Source: a candidate division FCPU426 bacterium (GTDB taxonomy: Bacteria; Oederibacteriota; Muellerivitia; Muellerivitales; Muellerivitaceae). From it: a DNA stretch of 56,755 nucleotides. This document shows, one piece after another, positions 35,510-44,885 of this stretch. The notes under the pieces are model-generated. The model searched no databases, was not told the origin of the DNA, and saw only the letters and a program-made list of their open reading frames with translations. The stretch spans positions 1-56,755 of the forward strand of contig JASHQZ010000167.1 of the NCBI GenBank assembly GCA_030038835.1, in the 5' to 3' direction. Each line of letters opens with the position of its first letter. The first letter of the stretch is position 1. Made by a program: the position numbers and the translations under genes.

Positions 35510-36745
35510 GTGGCACTTATCGTTCAAAAATACGGCGGATCGTCGGTGGCCAACGCGGAAAAAATGTTGTCCGTCGCCCGACGCGTCGCTAAGAATAGGA
35601 AAGAAGGGAATGAGGTCGTAGTGGTCGTCTCGGCCCCAGGCGACACCACGGATGAGCTCATCGCCAAAGCCCACCATATAACCGATTCACCCGACGAGAG
35701 GGAGCTGGACGTCCTTTTGGCAACGGGGGAACAACAGTCCATCGCTCTCCTTTCTATTGCCCTCAAAAGTCTTGGTTGCGACGCCATTTCCTTCACGGGG
35801 CCCCAAGTTGGGATCGTGACCGACGACGTCCATACCAAGGCCAGGATTGTGAAGGTGGGCGATTCAAAGATCCGATCCGCCCTTAACTTGGGAAAGGTGG
35901 TGATCGTGGCAGGATTCCAGGGAGAGAACAAGGAACATGAAATCACGACCCTGGGCCGGGGCGGAAGCGACTTGACAGCTGTGGCCATTGCCGCGGCCTT
36001 GAAGGCGGACGTTTGCGAGTTCTACAAGGACGTGGACGGGGTTTTCACGGCCAATCCCTCTGTCGTGAAAGACGCCAAGAAAATTTCGTTTATCAGCTAT
36101 GATGAAATGTTGGAGATGGCCAGCGCAGGGGCCCAGGTTTTGAATGCCCGTTCGGTCGAATTCGCTAAAAATTTCGGCATCAAGATCCACGTGAGGCCGA
36201 CATTCAACGAAAAGGAAGGGACAATCGTCATGCAGGAAACTAAAGCCATGGAAAAGGTGGTTATCAGCGGGGTGACCTATAATAAAAATGAGGCCAAGAT
36301 CACGGTCCGGGGAGTCCCTGACAGGCCCGGTATCGCCTCCATCCTCTTCTCCAAGCTGGGGAGGGCCGGAATCAACGTGGACATGATCATCCAAAACATT
36401 GGGGAAAAAGGCCATTCGGACGTTTCCTTCACCGTGGACAAGTCTGAATTCAAGAAGGCCATGAAGGTGGTTTCAGAGGCTTCCAAGGTCTTGAAGCCCG
36501 CCGGCATTCTTTCGGACGAGGGTATCGCCAAGGTTTCGGTGGTAGGAGTGGGCATGCGGTCCCACTCCGGCGTGGCTGCCAACATGTTTACGGCGCTGGC
36601 GGAAGCGGGCGTAAACATTGAGATGATCTCCACCTCGGAGATCAAGATTTCAGTGGTAATTGACGAAAAAGATGTGGCCAAGGCTGTGGCGGCAATCCAC
36701 AAGAAGTTCAACCTGGGTAAAAAAGTTGTGGGAGTACGTGGCTGA
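35510..36745 (+). CDS. lysC: Aspartate kinase
   Basis: (M)ALIVQKYGGSSV, VVVVSA, GRGGSD, and two C-terminal ACT domains. GTG start. Confidence 0.93.
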   Translation: MALIVQKYGGSSVANAEKMLSVARRVAKNRKEGNEVVVVVSAPGDTTDELIAKAHHITDSPDERELDVLLATGEQQSIALLSIALKSLGCDAISFTGPQVGIVTDDVHTKARIVKVGDSKIRSALNLGKVVIVAGFQGENKEHEITTLGRGGSDLTAVAIAAALKADVCEFYKDVDGVFTANPSVVKDAKKISFISYDEMLEMASAGAQVLNARSVEFAKNFGIKIHVRPTFNEKEGTIVMQETKAMEKVVISGVTYNKNEAKITVRGVPDRPGIASILFSKLGRAGINVDMIIQNIGEKGHSDVSFTVDKSEFKKAMKVVSEASKVLKPAGILSDEGIAKVSVVGVGMRSHSGVAANMFTALAEAGVNIEMISTSEIKISVVIDEKDVAKAVAAIHKKFNLGKKVVGVRG

Positions 36746-36834
36746 AAGAAAATTTTGAATGGTTGAGATCTTCCGACCGAACCTTGGCCGGAAAATTACA
36801 TGAACTCAACACTCAAGACTTAGAAGGTGCAGAA

Positions 36835-38436
36835 GTGGGTGATCAGAAAGTAGTCCTATACGACGCGCTGCTGCGTGAAGGCCCCCAGACCCAAGGCATA
36901 AACCTGTCGGTCGAGGACAAGCTGGCGCTTGCCCAGGCCCTGGATGACCTGGGCCTCCACTATCTGGAGGGGGGCTGGCCCGGGGCCAATCCCAAGGACA
37001 CGGAGTTCTTCAAAAGGGTGAAAAAGCTAAAACTCAAGGCTCGCCTTTCGGCTTTCGGCATGACCCGCCGGGCCAAGCACAAGGCCTATGAGGATACGAA
37101 CCTCCTAAACCTGGTGAAGTCCGACGTTTCCACCATCACGGTGGTGGGGAAGACGTGGGATTTCCATGTGACCAAGGCCCTCGGAATTTCCCTCGAACAA
37201 AACCTCGAGATCATCTATGACACGTTGAAGTTCCTCAAGTCCAAGACTGACGAAGTCTTCTTTGACGCGGAGCATTTTTTCGACGGGTATAAAGCCAATC
37301 CAGAGTTTTCACTGAAATGCCTGGAATCCGCGCTGGAGGGCGGGTCCGATTACCTGGTTCTTTGCGATACCAATGGGGGCTCCCTGCCCGAGGAAATCGA
37401 AGCGGTAGTCACCTGCGTCCACCAGCGCTTTCCCCAGGCCGCGATCGGCATCCATTGCCATAACGACTCGGACCTGGCGGTGGCCAACAGCTTGGCCGCC
37501 CTTTCGGCCGGCGCTACCCAGGTTCAGGGCTGCATGAACGGCTATGGGGAACGGGTGGGGAATACCAATTTGACTTCCTTGATCGCCAACTTGGCCTTGA
37601 AGACGGATTATTCCTTCGTGAAGCCCATAAAGCTGGAAAAGCTCATGGAAGTTTCCCACCGCGTGGATGAAATCCTCAATTTATCTCCACAACCCAACGC
37701 GCCCTACGTGGGCAAGAACGCCTTCACCCACAAGGGCGGGATGCATATTGACGCGATGCGCAAATCCAATAAGGCATATGAGCATGTGGACCCAGCCGAA
37801 GTGGGGAACCAGCGAAAGCTGGTCCTTTCCGACCAGGCGGGCCGCGCGGGCGTTCTACATCAGGCGGGGACCCATAGTATCAAGCTGGGGAAGGATACTC
37901 CGGAAACACATGCCATCATCGACGAAGTGAAAAAAATGGAAAGCGAGGGCTACCAATTCGAGGGGGCCGAGGCTTCCTTTGAGATCCTCCTGAAAAAAGC
38001 GTTGGGCAAACACAAGAGCTTCTTCGATTTGGTCAGTTTCCGGGTGATCGTGGAAAACAGGGGCGATGACAAGCTGGTCTCGGAAGCCACAATCAAGGTC
38101 AAGGTGAACGGTATTTTGGAGAATACCGTGGGGGAGGGTGACGGCCCGGTCAACGCCCTCGACCAGGCCCTCCGCAAGGCCCTGACCAAGTTTTATCCTT
38201 CGCTTAGCGAAGTCCGCCTCACCGACTTCAAGGTCCGTGTCCTGGACGCCAAGGAGGGAACAGCGGCCAAGGTGCGTGTTTTGATCGAAAGCCGGGATAA
38301 AAAAGACGCCTGGGGCACGGTCGGCGTTTCGGAAAACATAATCGAAGCTTCCTGGGACGCCCTGGTGGATTCCATAGATTACAAGTTGTTAAAAGACAGC
38401 GGCTCCAAGAACCCCTCCAAACGGGGCAGGCATTGA
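36835..38436 (+). CDS. cimA: Citramalate synthase / 2-isopropylmalate synthase family protein
   Basis: GGWPGANPKDTEFF, the IHCHND HxH motif and a LeuA-dimer-type C-terminal domain. GTG 36835 is 5 nt after AAGGTG (the ORF track starts at TTG 36763). The N-terminal motif reads DALLREGPQ rather than DTTLRDGxQ. Confidence 0.8.
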   Translation: MGDQKVVLYDALLREGPQTQGINLSVEDKLALAQALDDLGLHYLEGGWPGANPKDTEFFKRVKKLKLKARLSAFGMTRRAKHKAYEDTNLLNLVKSDVSTITVVGKTWDFHVTKALGISLEQNLEIIYDTLKFLKSKTDEVFFDAEHFFDGYKANPEFSLKCLESALEGGSDYLVLCDTNGGSLPEEIEAVVTCVHQRFPQAAIGIHCHNDSDLAVANSLAALSAGATQVQGCMNGYGERVGNTNLTSLIANLALKTDYSFVKPIKLEKLMEVSHRVDEILNLSPQPNAPYVGKNAFTHKGGMHIDAMRKSNKAYEHVDPAEVGNQRKLVLSDQAGRAGVLHQAGTHSIKLGKDTPETHAIIDEVKKMESEGYQFEGAEASFEILLKKALGKHKSFFDLVSFRVIVENRGDDKLVSEATIKVKVNGILENTVGEGDGPVNALDQALRKALTKFYPSLSEVRLTDFKVRVLDAKEGTAAKVRVLIESRDKKDAWGTVGVSENIIEASWDALVDSIDYKLLKDSGSKNPSKRGRH

Positions 38437-39236
38437 AAAACCATCCTATTGGTGTTTTCGATTCCGGCCTTGGGGGGTTGACGGTCGTCAAAGCTATCCA
38501 GAAGGAACTGCCCGGCGAAAAGCTGATTTATTTCGGCGATACGGCCCGCATCCCTTACGGCACCAAAAGCCCTGAAACTATCGTTCGTTACGCCCGTCAG
38601 GTCATCCGGTTTTTCCGCAAAGAGAAAAAAGTGAAGTGCGTGGTGGTCGCCTGTAACACGTCTTCGGCGTGGGCCCTGGAAACGGCCAGGCGGGAATTTC
38701 CCATTCCCATCCTGGGAGTGATCGAGCCGGGAGCCTACGCGGCGGTGTCGGTGACACGCAACGGCCGCATCGGCGTCATTGGTACGGAAGGAACTGTTGC
38801 TTCGGGGGCCTACGTCCGGGCCATCCATAAAATCTTTCCGAAGGCCAAGGTTTATTCCAAGGCCTGCCCGTTATTTGTGCCGCTTGCAGAGGAAGGCAAG
38901 CTCAAGGGTCCGGTTACCGAAGCTGTTGCGCGAGAATACCTTCAGCCGCTCTTAAAGGCCAAAATCGACACTTTGGTCTTGGGCTGCACCCATTACCCGC
39001 TTTTGAAGAAGGTTCTCGCCCGGGTCGCGGGGAAAAAAGTGAAAATCGTCGATTCGGCGGAGGAAACCGCCAAGAGCCTTCACCATGACCTGGAGATGCA
39101 TGGGGTTCCCATGAACGGGCAGGGAGGCTGCCAGTACTACGTCAGCGACCTTTCGAGTAAGTTCAAGGAACAAGCCCAAAGATTCCTGGGACGGACAATC
39201 CCCAAAGTCGAAAAAATTTTCGTGGAAAAATATTAA
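38433..39236 (+). CDS. murI: Glutamate racemase
   Basis: IGVFDSGLGGLTV, VVACNTSS and LGCTHYP catalytic-cysteine motifs. Confidence 0.9.
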   Translation: MKNHPIGVFDSGLGGLTVVKAIQKELPGEKLIYFGDTARIPYGTKSPETIVRYARQVIRFFRKEKKVKCVVVACNTSSAWALETARREFPIPILGVIEPGAYAAVSVTRNGRIGVIGTEGTVASGAYVRAIHKIFPKAKVYSKACPLFVPLAEEGKLKGPVTEAVAREYLQPLLKAKIDTLVLGCTHYPLLKKVLARVAGKKVKIVDSAEETAKSLHHDLEMHGVPMNGQGGCQYYVSDLSSKFKEQAQRFLGRTIPKVEKIFVEKY

Positions 39237-39336
39237 AGACAACCTGAGTTGACAGGGGCTTCTTTAGACTTAAAATAAAACCAATTCGGAGGTTCTCGTT
39301 AAACCTAATCTATCCACCCTTATCCTTCTTTTCCTC

Positions 39337-40020
39337 ATGCCGGTTTCAGCGATCGGGGCCAGCGATGAGGTTGCAACCTCTCCGACCAATTACGAAATGG
39401 TAGAAGCCCCCACCGCTTACCTCCTGATGCACGGCGGTTATGACTTGGTCACCCGCATGTATGAGAATGGGGGGCTCTTTGTCCGGGGCAACGTTGGATT
39501 CGAAGATTTCTTCATGTTCGGCTTTTCGGTCAACGCCACCAATGTGGTCGGGCAGGGAACCATCCAGGTCCAGACTCCCGGAATCGGCCTCAAATTCAAG
39601 GTTTTGGACGAGAAAATATCACCCGTGGCTTTGGCCGTGGGCTGGGACAACCGTGGCTATGGGACGCAAACAAACGGTGTTTTTTTCCCCGGCACCCAAA
39701 AAGGGTTTTATTCTGTGGTAAGCCACGAGTTTAAGGAAGCGGGTTATTTACAGATTCACGCCGGCTTTAATGTGGTCACCTTGGACAATTTCGATTCCAA
39801 CGAGGATTTGGGGGCCTTTTTCGGCACATCCTTTGCCGTGGCGCAACCGCTGATGTTCAACCTGGAGATGGATAAACTTTTAAGCGACTACTGGCAGTTC
39901 AACGCCAACGTGTTGTTCAACGTGGACAAGCCTTTAAGGGTGGGAGTTGACTTTAGGGACATCAACCGGCCAGACTTGTTCTCGAGGATTATACGTGTCC
40001 AATACATGGGCTTCTTCTGA
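39337..40020 (+). CDS. Hypothetical outer-membrane beta-barrel-like protein
   Basis: Alternating beta-strand pattern and a C-terminal ...VQYMGFF (terminal Phe). An in-frame hydrophobic stretch lies upstream (39301-39336) but has no canonical start. Confidence 0.45.
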   Translation: MPVSAIGASDEVATSPTNYEMVEAPTAYLLMHGGYDLVTRMYENGGLFVRGNVGFEDFFMFGFSVNATNVVGQGTIQVQTPGIGLKFKVLDEKISPVALAVGWDNRGYGTQTNGVFFPGTQKGFYSVVSHEFKEAGYLQIHAGFNVVTLDNFDSNEDLGAFFGTSFAVAQPLMFNLEMDKLLSDYWQFNANVLFNVDKPLRVGVDFRDINRPDLFSRIIRVQYMGFF

Positions 40021-40100
40021 AGGCGGTTGGCGTTCCCAGGTGAAAGTTGGCAGTAACGATCACACCTCCAACCCACCTCTATTCGTTCAAGGACTATAAA

Positions 40101-40619
40101 ATGAAGCGCGTATTTTTACCGGTGATTTTAGTTCCTTTGTTCCTGACGGGGTGCGGGAAAGTGAACAATGTGGACATCATCCCACCGGCCCAACGTCAGC
40201 CAGCCTCGGAGATCAACGCCCGGTTTTTAAACTCTTCCGCTAGCCTGACTTTATCCCAGGTCAGGGGAAAAGTCGTCGTGCTGGATTTCTGGGCCACCTG
40301 GTGCGGCCCCTGCCGGATGGAGATCCCCACCCTCGTGAAGATGTACGATACCTATCATCTCAAGGGATTGGAGCTTTGGGGCCTTTCAGTGGAGGCCAAC
40401 GATGGCCAACCCGATGATTACTTTAACAAGTTTATTTCCAATTTCGATATCCAATACCCCGTCGGCCTAGCCAATATGGACACGTTGAAGTCTTACGGGA
40501 TCAACCCGATTCCAGCTACGTTCTTTATCGATAAGTCGGGTAGGATTGCCCTTGCTTTTGTGGGAGTCCACCCGGAGTCGGATTTCACCGGCGCCATTGA
40601 AAAACTTTTAGCCGAGTGA
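40101..40619 (+). CDS. TlpA/ResA-family thiol-disulfide oxidoreductase lipoprotein
   Basis: MKRVFLPVILVPLFLTGC lipobox and WATWCGPCRMEIP thioredoxin motif. Confidence 0.85.
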   Translation: MKRVFLPVILVPLFLTGCGKVNNVDIIPPAQRQPASEINARFLNSSASLTLSQVRGKVVVLDFWATWCGPCRMEIPTLVKMYDTYHLKGLELWGLSVEANDGQPDDYFNKFISNFDIQYPVGLANMDTLKSYGINPIPATFFIDKSGRIALAFVGVHPESDFTGAIEKLLAE

Positions 40620-40725
40620 TTTCCATAACGATAATAGAGGATTTTTTCTCCGGCAAAACCGGAGAAAAACTTGCTGACATTTTCCATTGTTCATTTCCCA
40701 TTGAGCATTATTCGTGAGTCGTGCT

Positions 40726-40753
40726 TTGATTGGTGGAGGGAAAGAGGTATAAT
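40726..40753 (+). promoter_or_regulatory. Possible sigma70-type promoter
   Basis: TTGATT (40726-40731), a 16-nt spacer, then TATAAT (40748-40753). Confidence 0.35.
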
Positions 40754-40779
40754 TCCGAAAACGAGGGCCGGGGGATACC

Positions 40780-41214
40780 ATGGTTCCATCGCAGGACTCC
40801 GACGCACGGGAAGATTTCCTCGAACTTTACCGTGAACTTTTTTCCCATGTTTCATACCTGGAAGTGGTGATTGAAAGACTGGTACACGGCCAACATGTGG
40901 ACCGAGCCATGCTAGAAAACAACTTGGCACAGATGATTGCCTCAATCGCCGTTCACCAGAAGAAGTATTCCAAACCACGTACGGTAAAACGGGTGCGCAA
41001 GGACCATCCGGATTATTTTCGGAATGAAATGCTTCGTGTTTCCAAGGTGATCAAGGGTCAGCTTTCGGTGCTCTTAAAAACGTCCTTTTTGGTGGATGGG
41101 CGGGACGTGGAGGAGGATTACCTCCAAACTTTGAGCGACGCGACAGAAAATATCGTAGGGGCTTTCCAGCACGTGGTCCGTTCTAATGTTTTAATGCCAG
41201 TCATGTTGAACTGA
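40780..41214 (+). CDS. Hypothetical protein
   Basis: A 144-aa helical ORF with no recognised motif. Confidence 0.45.
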   Translation: MVPSQDSDAREDFLELYRELFSHVSYLEVVIERLVHGQHVDRAMLENNLAQMIASIAVHQKKYSKPRTVKRVRKDHPDYFRNEMLRVSKVIKGQLSVLLKTSFLVDGRDVEEDYLQTLSDATENIVGAFQHVVRSNVLMPVMLN

Positions 41215-41270
41215 AATTTCCAAAACCAACCGAACCTTCGCCGAGGCAAGCGTGCCGTGAGGGAAACCTT

Positions 41271-41738
41271 ATGAAAAACGCCATTAAAGACAAAAGGAGG
41301 GAGAGGGAATACGAGGTTTTTAGCCAATACCTGAAGGGAAAAGACCTCAAACTGACATCCCAGCGGGAATTGATTTTAGAAGCCTTCCTGTCCCAGGGGG
41401 GACATGTCTCGGCGGAGGAACTTTACCAGAAAGCAAGGGAAAAACAGCCCCACGTTGGTTTCGCCACAGTTTACCGCACCCTGAAGCACCTGACCCAGTG
41501 CGGGTTAGCTCGGGAGTTGGATTTCGGGGATGGCCGGATAAAATATGAGCCGGAGTTCAACCGGCGCCACCACGACCATATGATCTGTACCCAGTGCGGC
41601 ACCTATATTGAGTTTTTAAATCCCCGAATCGAGGAGCTACAGGAGCAGGTCAGCCGGAAACATGGTTTTAAGATCACTTCCCACCGAATGCAGTTGTATG
41701 GGTTGTGCCAAAAGTGTCAGAAGAATGTAAAACCTTGA
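41271..41738 (+). CDS. fur: Fur-family metalloregulator
   Basis: LTSQRELILEAF winged helix, HHDHMICTQCG and CQKC zinc motifs. Confidence 0.85.
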   Translation: MKNAIKDKRREREYEVFSQYLKGKDLKLTSQRELILEAFLSQGGHVSAEELYQKAREKQPHVGFATVYRTLKHLTQCGLARELDFGDGRIKYEPEFNRRHHDHMICTQCGTYIEFLNPRIEELQEQVSRKHGFKITSHRMQLYGLCQKCQKNVKP

Positions 41739-41828
41739 TAAAGCTATGAGGTTTGAGTTTTAAGTTCTTGAGTCTTAAGTTAGTGATATTTTTCAATAAC
41801 TCAATACTCAAAACTTTCGGAGAGTTCT

Positions 41829-42308
41829 ATGTCCGATTTCCTTGTGTCCCGGGCCACCCGGGATAAACTGCAAGACGAGCTTAACAAGCTCAAAACGGTC
41901 CGCAGACCCCAGGTGGCGAAAGCCTTGGAGGAAGCGAGGGCCCACGGGGATTTGAAGGAAAACGCGGAGTACGACGCAGCGAAGCAGGAACAGGGCCTCT
42001 TGGAGGCGCGCATCCGCGAGCTGGAGGACAAGCTGGCGCGCGCCCGCATCCTAGAGGACGAGAACATCACCGGAGAGCACGTTTCCATTGGCTGCGTGGT
42101 GACTGTCAAGGACCTTAAAACCAAAAAGGAGGAGATCTACCGTCTCGTGGGAGAGGCAGAAGCCGATTTTGCCCAAAATAAGATTTCCATCCGTACCCCC
42201 ATTGCGCGTGGGCTTATCGGCAAAAAAATCGGGGACAAAGCGGACATCCAGGTTCCGGCGGGTCTGTTACAATACGAAATCCTCAAAATCGAGGTGGCTG
42301 CGGACTGA
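41829..42308 (+). CDS. greA: Transcription elongation factor GreA
   Basis: RPQVAKALEEARAHGDLKENAEYDAAK coiled coil, ISIRTPIARGLIGKKIGD C-terminal domain. Confidence 0.93.
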   Translation: MSDFLVSRATRDKLQDELNKLKTVRRPQVAKALEEARAHGDLKENAEYDAAKQEQGLLEARIRELEDKLARARILEDENITGEHVSIGCVVTVKDLKTKKEEIYRLVGEAEADFAQNKISIRTPIARGLIGKKIGDKADIQVPAGLLQYEILKIEVAAD

Positions 42309-42405
42309 AGGCAGTCATCCGTCGCTAATCCTCAATTGTCAGCAAGTCCTACCTCCATTGGTTTTAAGCCGCTGCTAAGGACCGATGCTGACAACCAGCT
42401 CATAC

Positions 42406-42434
42406 TTGACAGGGGCAAGCAGGCTGAGTAACAT
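42406..42434 (+). promoter_or_regulatory. Sigma70-type promoter of the riboswitch-controlled transcript
   Basis: TTGACA (42406-42411), exactly 17 nt, then TAACAT (42429-42434), about 22 nt before the aptamer. Confidence 0.5.
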
Positions 42435-42456
42435 TCATTCAACAATTTAGTTAGCG

Positions 42457-42575
42457 CTCTTATCGCGAGTGGCGGAGGGACAGGCCCGTTGATGCCACGG
42501 CAACCGGACCGTAAAGGGTCGTCAGGTGCCAAATCCTGCTCCGGAAAGAAACGACGATCCGGGGAAAGATGAGAG
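42457..42575 (+). promoter_or_regulatory. SAM-I (S-box) riboswitch aptamer
   Basis: P1 is CTCTTATC (42457-42464) paired with GATGAGAG (42568-42575). Conserved core reads GAGTGGCGGAGGGACAGGCCCGTTGATGCCACGGCAACC ... GGTGCCAAATCCTGC ... GAAAGATGAGAG. Confidence 0.9.
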
Positions 42576-42593
42576 ATGGAAATCCAAACCTTA

Positions 42594-42625
42594 AAGGCTT
42601 CCATCTCGGGATGGTGGCCTTTTTT
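42594..42625 (+). terminator. Riboswitch expression-platform terminator
   Basis: AAGGCTTCCATC pairs with GATGGTGGCCTT (one mismatch, one G-U), with a TCGG loop, then TTTTTT. The antiterminator GAGATGGAA (42573-42581) is perfectly complementary to TTCCATCTC (42599-42607) and overlaps the P1 3' strand. Confidence 0.8.
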
Positions 42626-42753
42626 ATTGGCACAGATTTTAGGTGCAGGCGTCAGGTTTTAGCTGACACCTAGAACCTAACACCTGGACGACATCCGAAA
42701 GAAGCAGGGCGGCTTAGGACCTATGCGAGGTCCGCTTAGGAGACGAGAGACAT

Positions 42754-43983
42754 ATGAGCTACGTCAAGGCTTTGAAATGCCGCGAATGCGGCCAAGAATA
42801 CGAAAAAACGGCCAAGTACGTCTGTGAGTTCTGCTTTGGACCTTTGGAAGCGGCCTATGATTACGACAATATCAAGAAGGACATTTCCCGTCAAAAGATC
42901 GCCTCGCGCCCGCTGAATATCTGGCGCTATCGGGAATTTCTGCCTGTGGAAGGCACTCGTTACAACACCCTCGAGGAGGGCTATACCCCCCTTCTCAAGG
43001 CCGAGCGGCTGGGTGAGGAACTGGGGCTGTCCAAGCTTTACGTGAAGAACGATTGTGCCAATCCCACTCATTCCTTCAAGGACCGCGTGGTGGCTGTGGC
43101 CTCCACCCGAGCCCTGGAATTGGGCTTTGACACCCTCGCCTGCGCTTCCACCGGCAACCTCGCCAACGCGGTTTCGGCCTACGGGGCCAAGGGCAAAATG
43201 AAACGCTTTGTATTCATCCCCTCCAACCTGGAACCCAGCAAAGTGACGGCATCGCTCATCTACGATCCGAACCTCATTGGAGTCAACGGCAATTACGACG
43301 ACGTCAACCGCCTTTGCAGCGAAATCGCGGGAAAATACAAATGGGCCTTCGTGAACATCAACATGAGGCCCTATTATGCCGAGGGCTCCAAGACCCTCGG
43401 GTTCGAGACCGCAGAGCAGTTGGGCTGGAAAGCCCCGGATCAAGTCGTCGTTCCCGTGGCTTCCGGCTCTCTTTTAACCAAGATTTGGAAAGGGACACAG
43501 GAATTCATTAAGGTGGGCCTCATTGAAAACAAACCCATGAGGGTTTTTGGCGCCCAAGCCGTCGGCTGTTCGCCGGTAACCACCGCTTATAAGGCCAAGA
43601 CTGACACTTTCCGGCCGGTCAAACCCAATACCATCGCCAAGTCCCTGGCTATCGGCAATCCCGCCGATGGTTTTTACGCCCTGAGAACCATCGCCGATTC
43701 CAATGGTGGGGCTGAGATGGTCACAGACGAGGAAATTGTGGAAGGCATCAAACTGCTAGCCCGCACCGAAGGCATTTTCGCGGAAACCGCTGGGGGTGTC
43801 ACGATCGGATGCCTGAAAAAACTGGCCGAATCAGGGGCCTTGGATCCGGATGCGGTGACTGTGGCTTACGTGACCGGAACAGGCTTGAAAACCCAGGAAG
43901 CGGTGACGGGCCATTTAAGGGAAGTAAAGGTCATCCAGCCCAATCTCGCCGCCTTTGAAGCCACCCAACTGGTCCCGGCCTGA
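42754..43983 (+). CDS. Threonine-synthase-family PLP enzyme with an N-terminal zinc ribbon (second ThrC paralog, SAM-regulated)
   Basis: CRECG-x11-CEFC ribbon, NPTHSFKDRVV PLP-lysine motif, ASTGNLANA, 409 aa. Confidence 0.85.
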   Translation: MSYVKALKCRECGQEYEKTAKYVCEFCFGPLEAAYDYDNIKKDISRQKIASRPLNIWRYREFLPVEGTRYNTLEEGYTPLLKAERLGEELGLSKLYVKNDCANPTHSFKDRVVAVASTRALELGFDTLACASTGNLANAVSAYGAKGKMKRFVFIPSNLEPSKVTASLIYDPNLIGVNGNYDDVNRLCSEIAGKYKWAFVNINMRPYYAEGSKTLGFETAEQLGWKAPDQVVVPVASGSLLTKIWKGTQEFIKVGLIENKPMRVFGAQAVGCSPVTTAYKAKTDTFRPVKPNTIAKSLAIGNPADGFYALRTIADSNGGAEMVTDEEIVEGIKLLARTEGIFAETAGGVTIGCLKKLAESGALDPDAVTVAYVTGTGLKTQEAVTGHLREVKVIQPNLAAFEATQLVPA

Positions 43984-43987
43984 ACCC

Positions 43988-44434
43988 ATGAAAAAACTAT
44001 TTTTGGGGCTCGCGGTGCTATGGGTCTCCGGGAGGGTCTGGGCGGTTGCGCCAGAAGATTATTACAATGCCGGCATGGATTTATTTAAAAACCGGGACTA
44101 TGACAAGGCTATTCAGTATTTCCACGCGGCGGTGGACGAGAGGCCTGATTACTGGCAGGCCTACCAATTCCTAGGTGAGGCTTATTACCAGGATGCCAAC
44201 CGGACCGAGGCTGTGCTGGCCATGGAGAAAAGCCTCCAGTTGCATCCTGACAACCCGGACCTCCGTAAGTTTATCTCCAAAATCAGGAAAGATAGCCCCT
44301 GGGCTTCCAACAATTTTTCAACGGTTTTTCTTCCAATTTTGGCTATCCTCCTTTCCCTCTTGAGCCTCGGCTGGACGGGTTATTGGACTTGGAGCCATTC
44401 AACTTTCCATTCCAAGCCGCCCTCCAATCCGTAG
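43988..44434 (+). CDS. TPR-repeat protein with a signal peptide and C-terminal TM
   Basis: MKKLFLGLAVLWVSG signal. TPR consensus (YYNAGMDLFKNRDYDKAIQYFHAAV...). It starts 5 nt after the preceding stop. Confidence 0.6.
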   Translation: MKKLFLGLAVLWVSGRVWAVAPEDYYNAGMDLFKNRDYDKAIQYFHAAVDERPDYWQAYQFLGEAYYQDANRTEAVLAMEKSLQLHPDNPDLRKFISKIRKDSPWASNNFSTVFLPILAILLSLLSLGWTGYWTWSHSTFHSKPPSNP

Positions 44435-44558
44435 AAAAGAAAAAATTGGTCAAAAAAGCTCGCACAACCTGTTTTTTTCTTTAACTTGGACTAATTTAAA
44501 ACGGTTTAAGGGCATTAGCTTAGGGAAAAGGATTTTCAGAGGTTTACCGGAAAAGAGA

Positions 44559-44885
44559 CTACCGAGGAGCCCTTTCCATGCGAGCTTTCGGTTTGATCGT
44601 CTTTGAAGCTTTAAGACGTGGCCTGCCTCTTTGGGCCGTCAAGTTACGGGGCTGTTTTAGGAAATTCTCTACTGGGCAGTCCAGTTGAAAACCGAGGTTA
44701 TAAAGGGTCTTCAGTGTGATATTACGGCCTGACTCCCAGTATTGGACCATTTGGATGGAGACGCCGGCCTGCTCCGCCAATTGGAACTGGGTGTAGCCTT
44801 TTTGGGCGCGGATTTCCCCGATCTTTCTGCCAACTTTTTTTAAGAAGCGCTGGTCGGAGTTCGAGGCGTCGATATAAGGTGTCAT
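44559..44885 (-). CDS. XRE-family helix-turn-helix transcriptional regulator
   Basis: GEIRAQKGYTQFQLAEQAGVSIQMVQYWESGRNITLKTL HTH_3 pattern, with a basic C-terminal tail. Confidence 0.75.
   Translation of the reverse strand: MTPYIDASNSDQRFLKKVGRKIGEIRAQKGYTQFQLAEQAGVSIQMVQYWESGRNITLKTLYNLGFQLDCPVENFLKQPRNLTAQRGRPRLKASKTIKPKARMERAPR

Noticed and set aside
40644-40668. A perfect 10-bp hairpin, TTTTCTCCGG/CCGGAGAAAA, after the TlpA-like gene, considered as an intrinsic terminator.
   Set aside because: No T-tract follows the stem on either strand, because the T and A runs are inside the stem. I cannot call it a terminator with confidence. It may still be a weak or bidirectional one.
41739-41828. 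The fur-greA spacer, with TTAAGTT direct repeats and a TTTGAGT/ACTCAAA inverted repeat, checked for a Fur box.
   Set aside because: Nothing resembles the GATAATGATAATCATTATC-type consensus. The repeats are short enough to arise by chance in AT-rich spacer DNA.
42736-43443. A 235-aa minus-strand ORF opposite the ThrC paralog.
   Set aside because: It is an antisense shadow ORF. The plus frame has the PLP-lysine and zinc-ribbon motifs.
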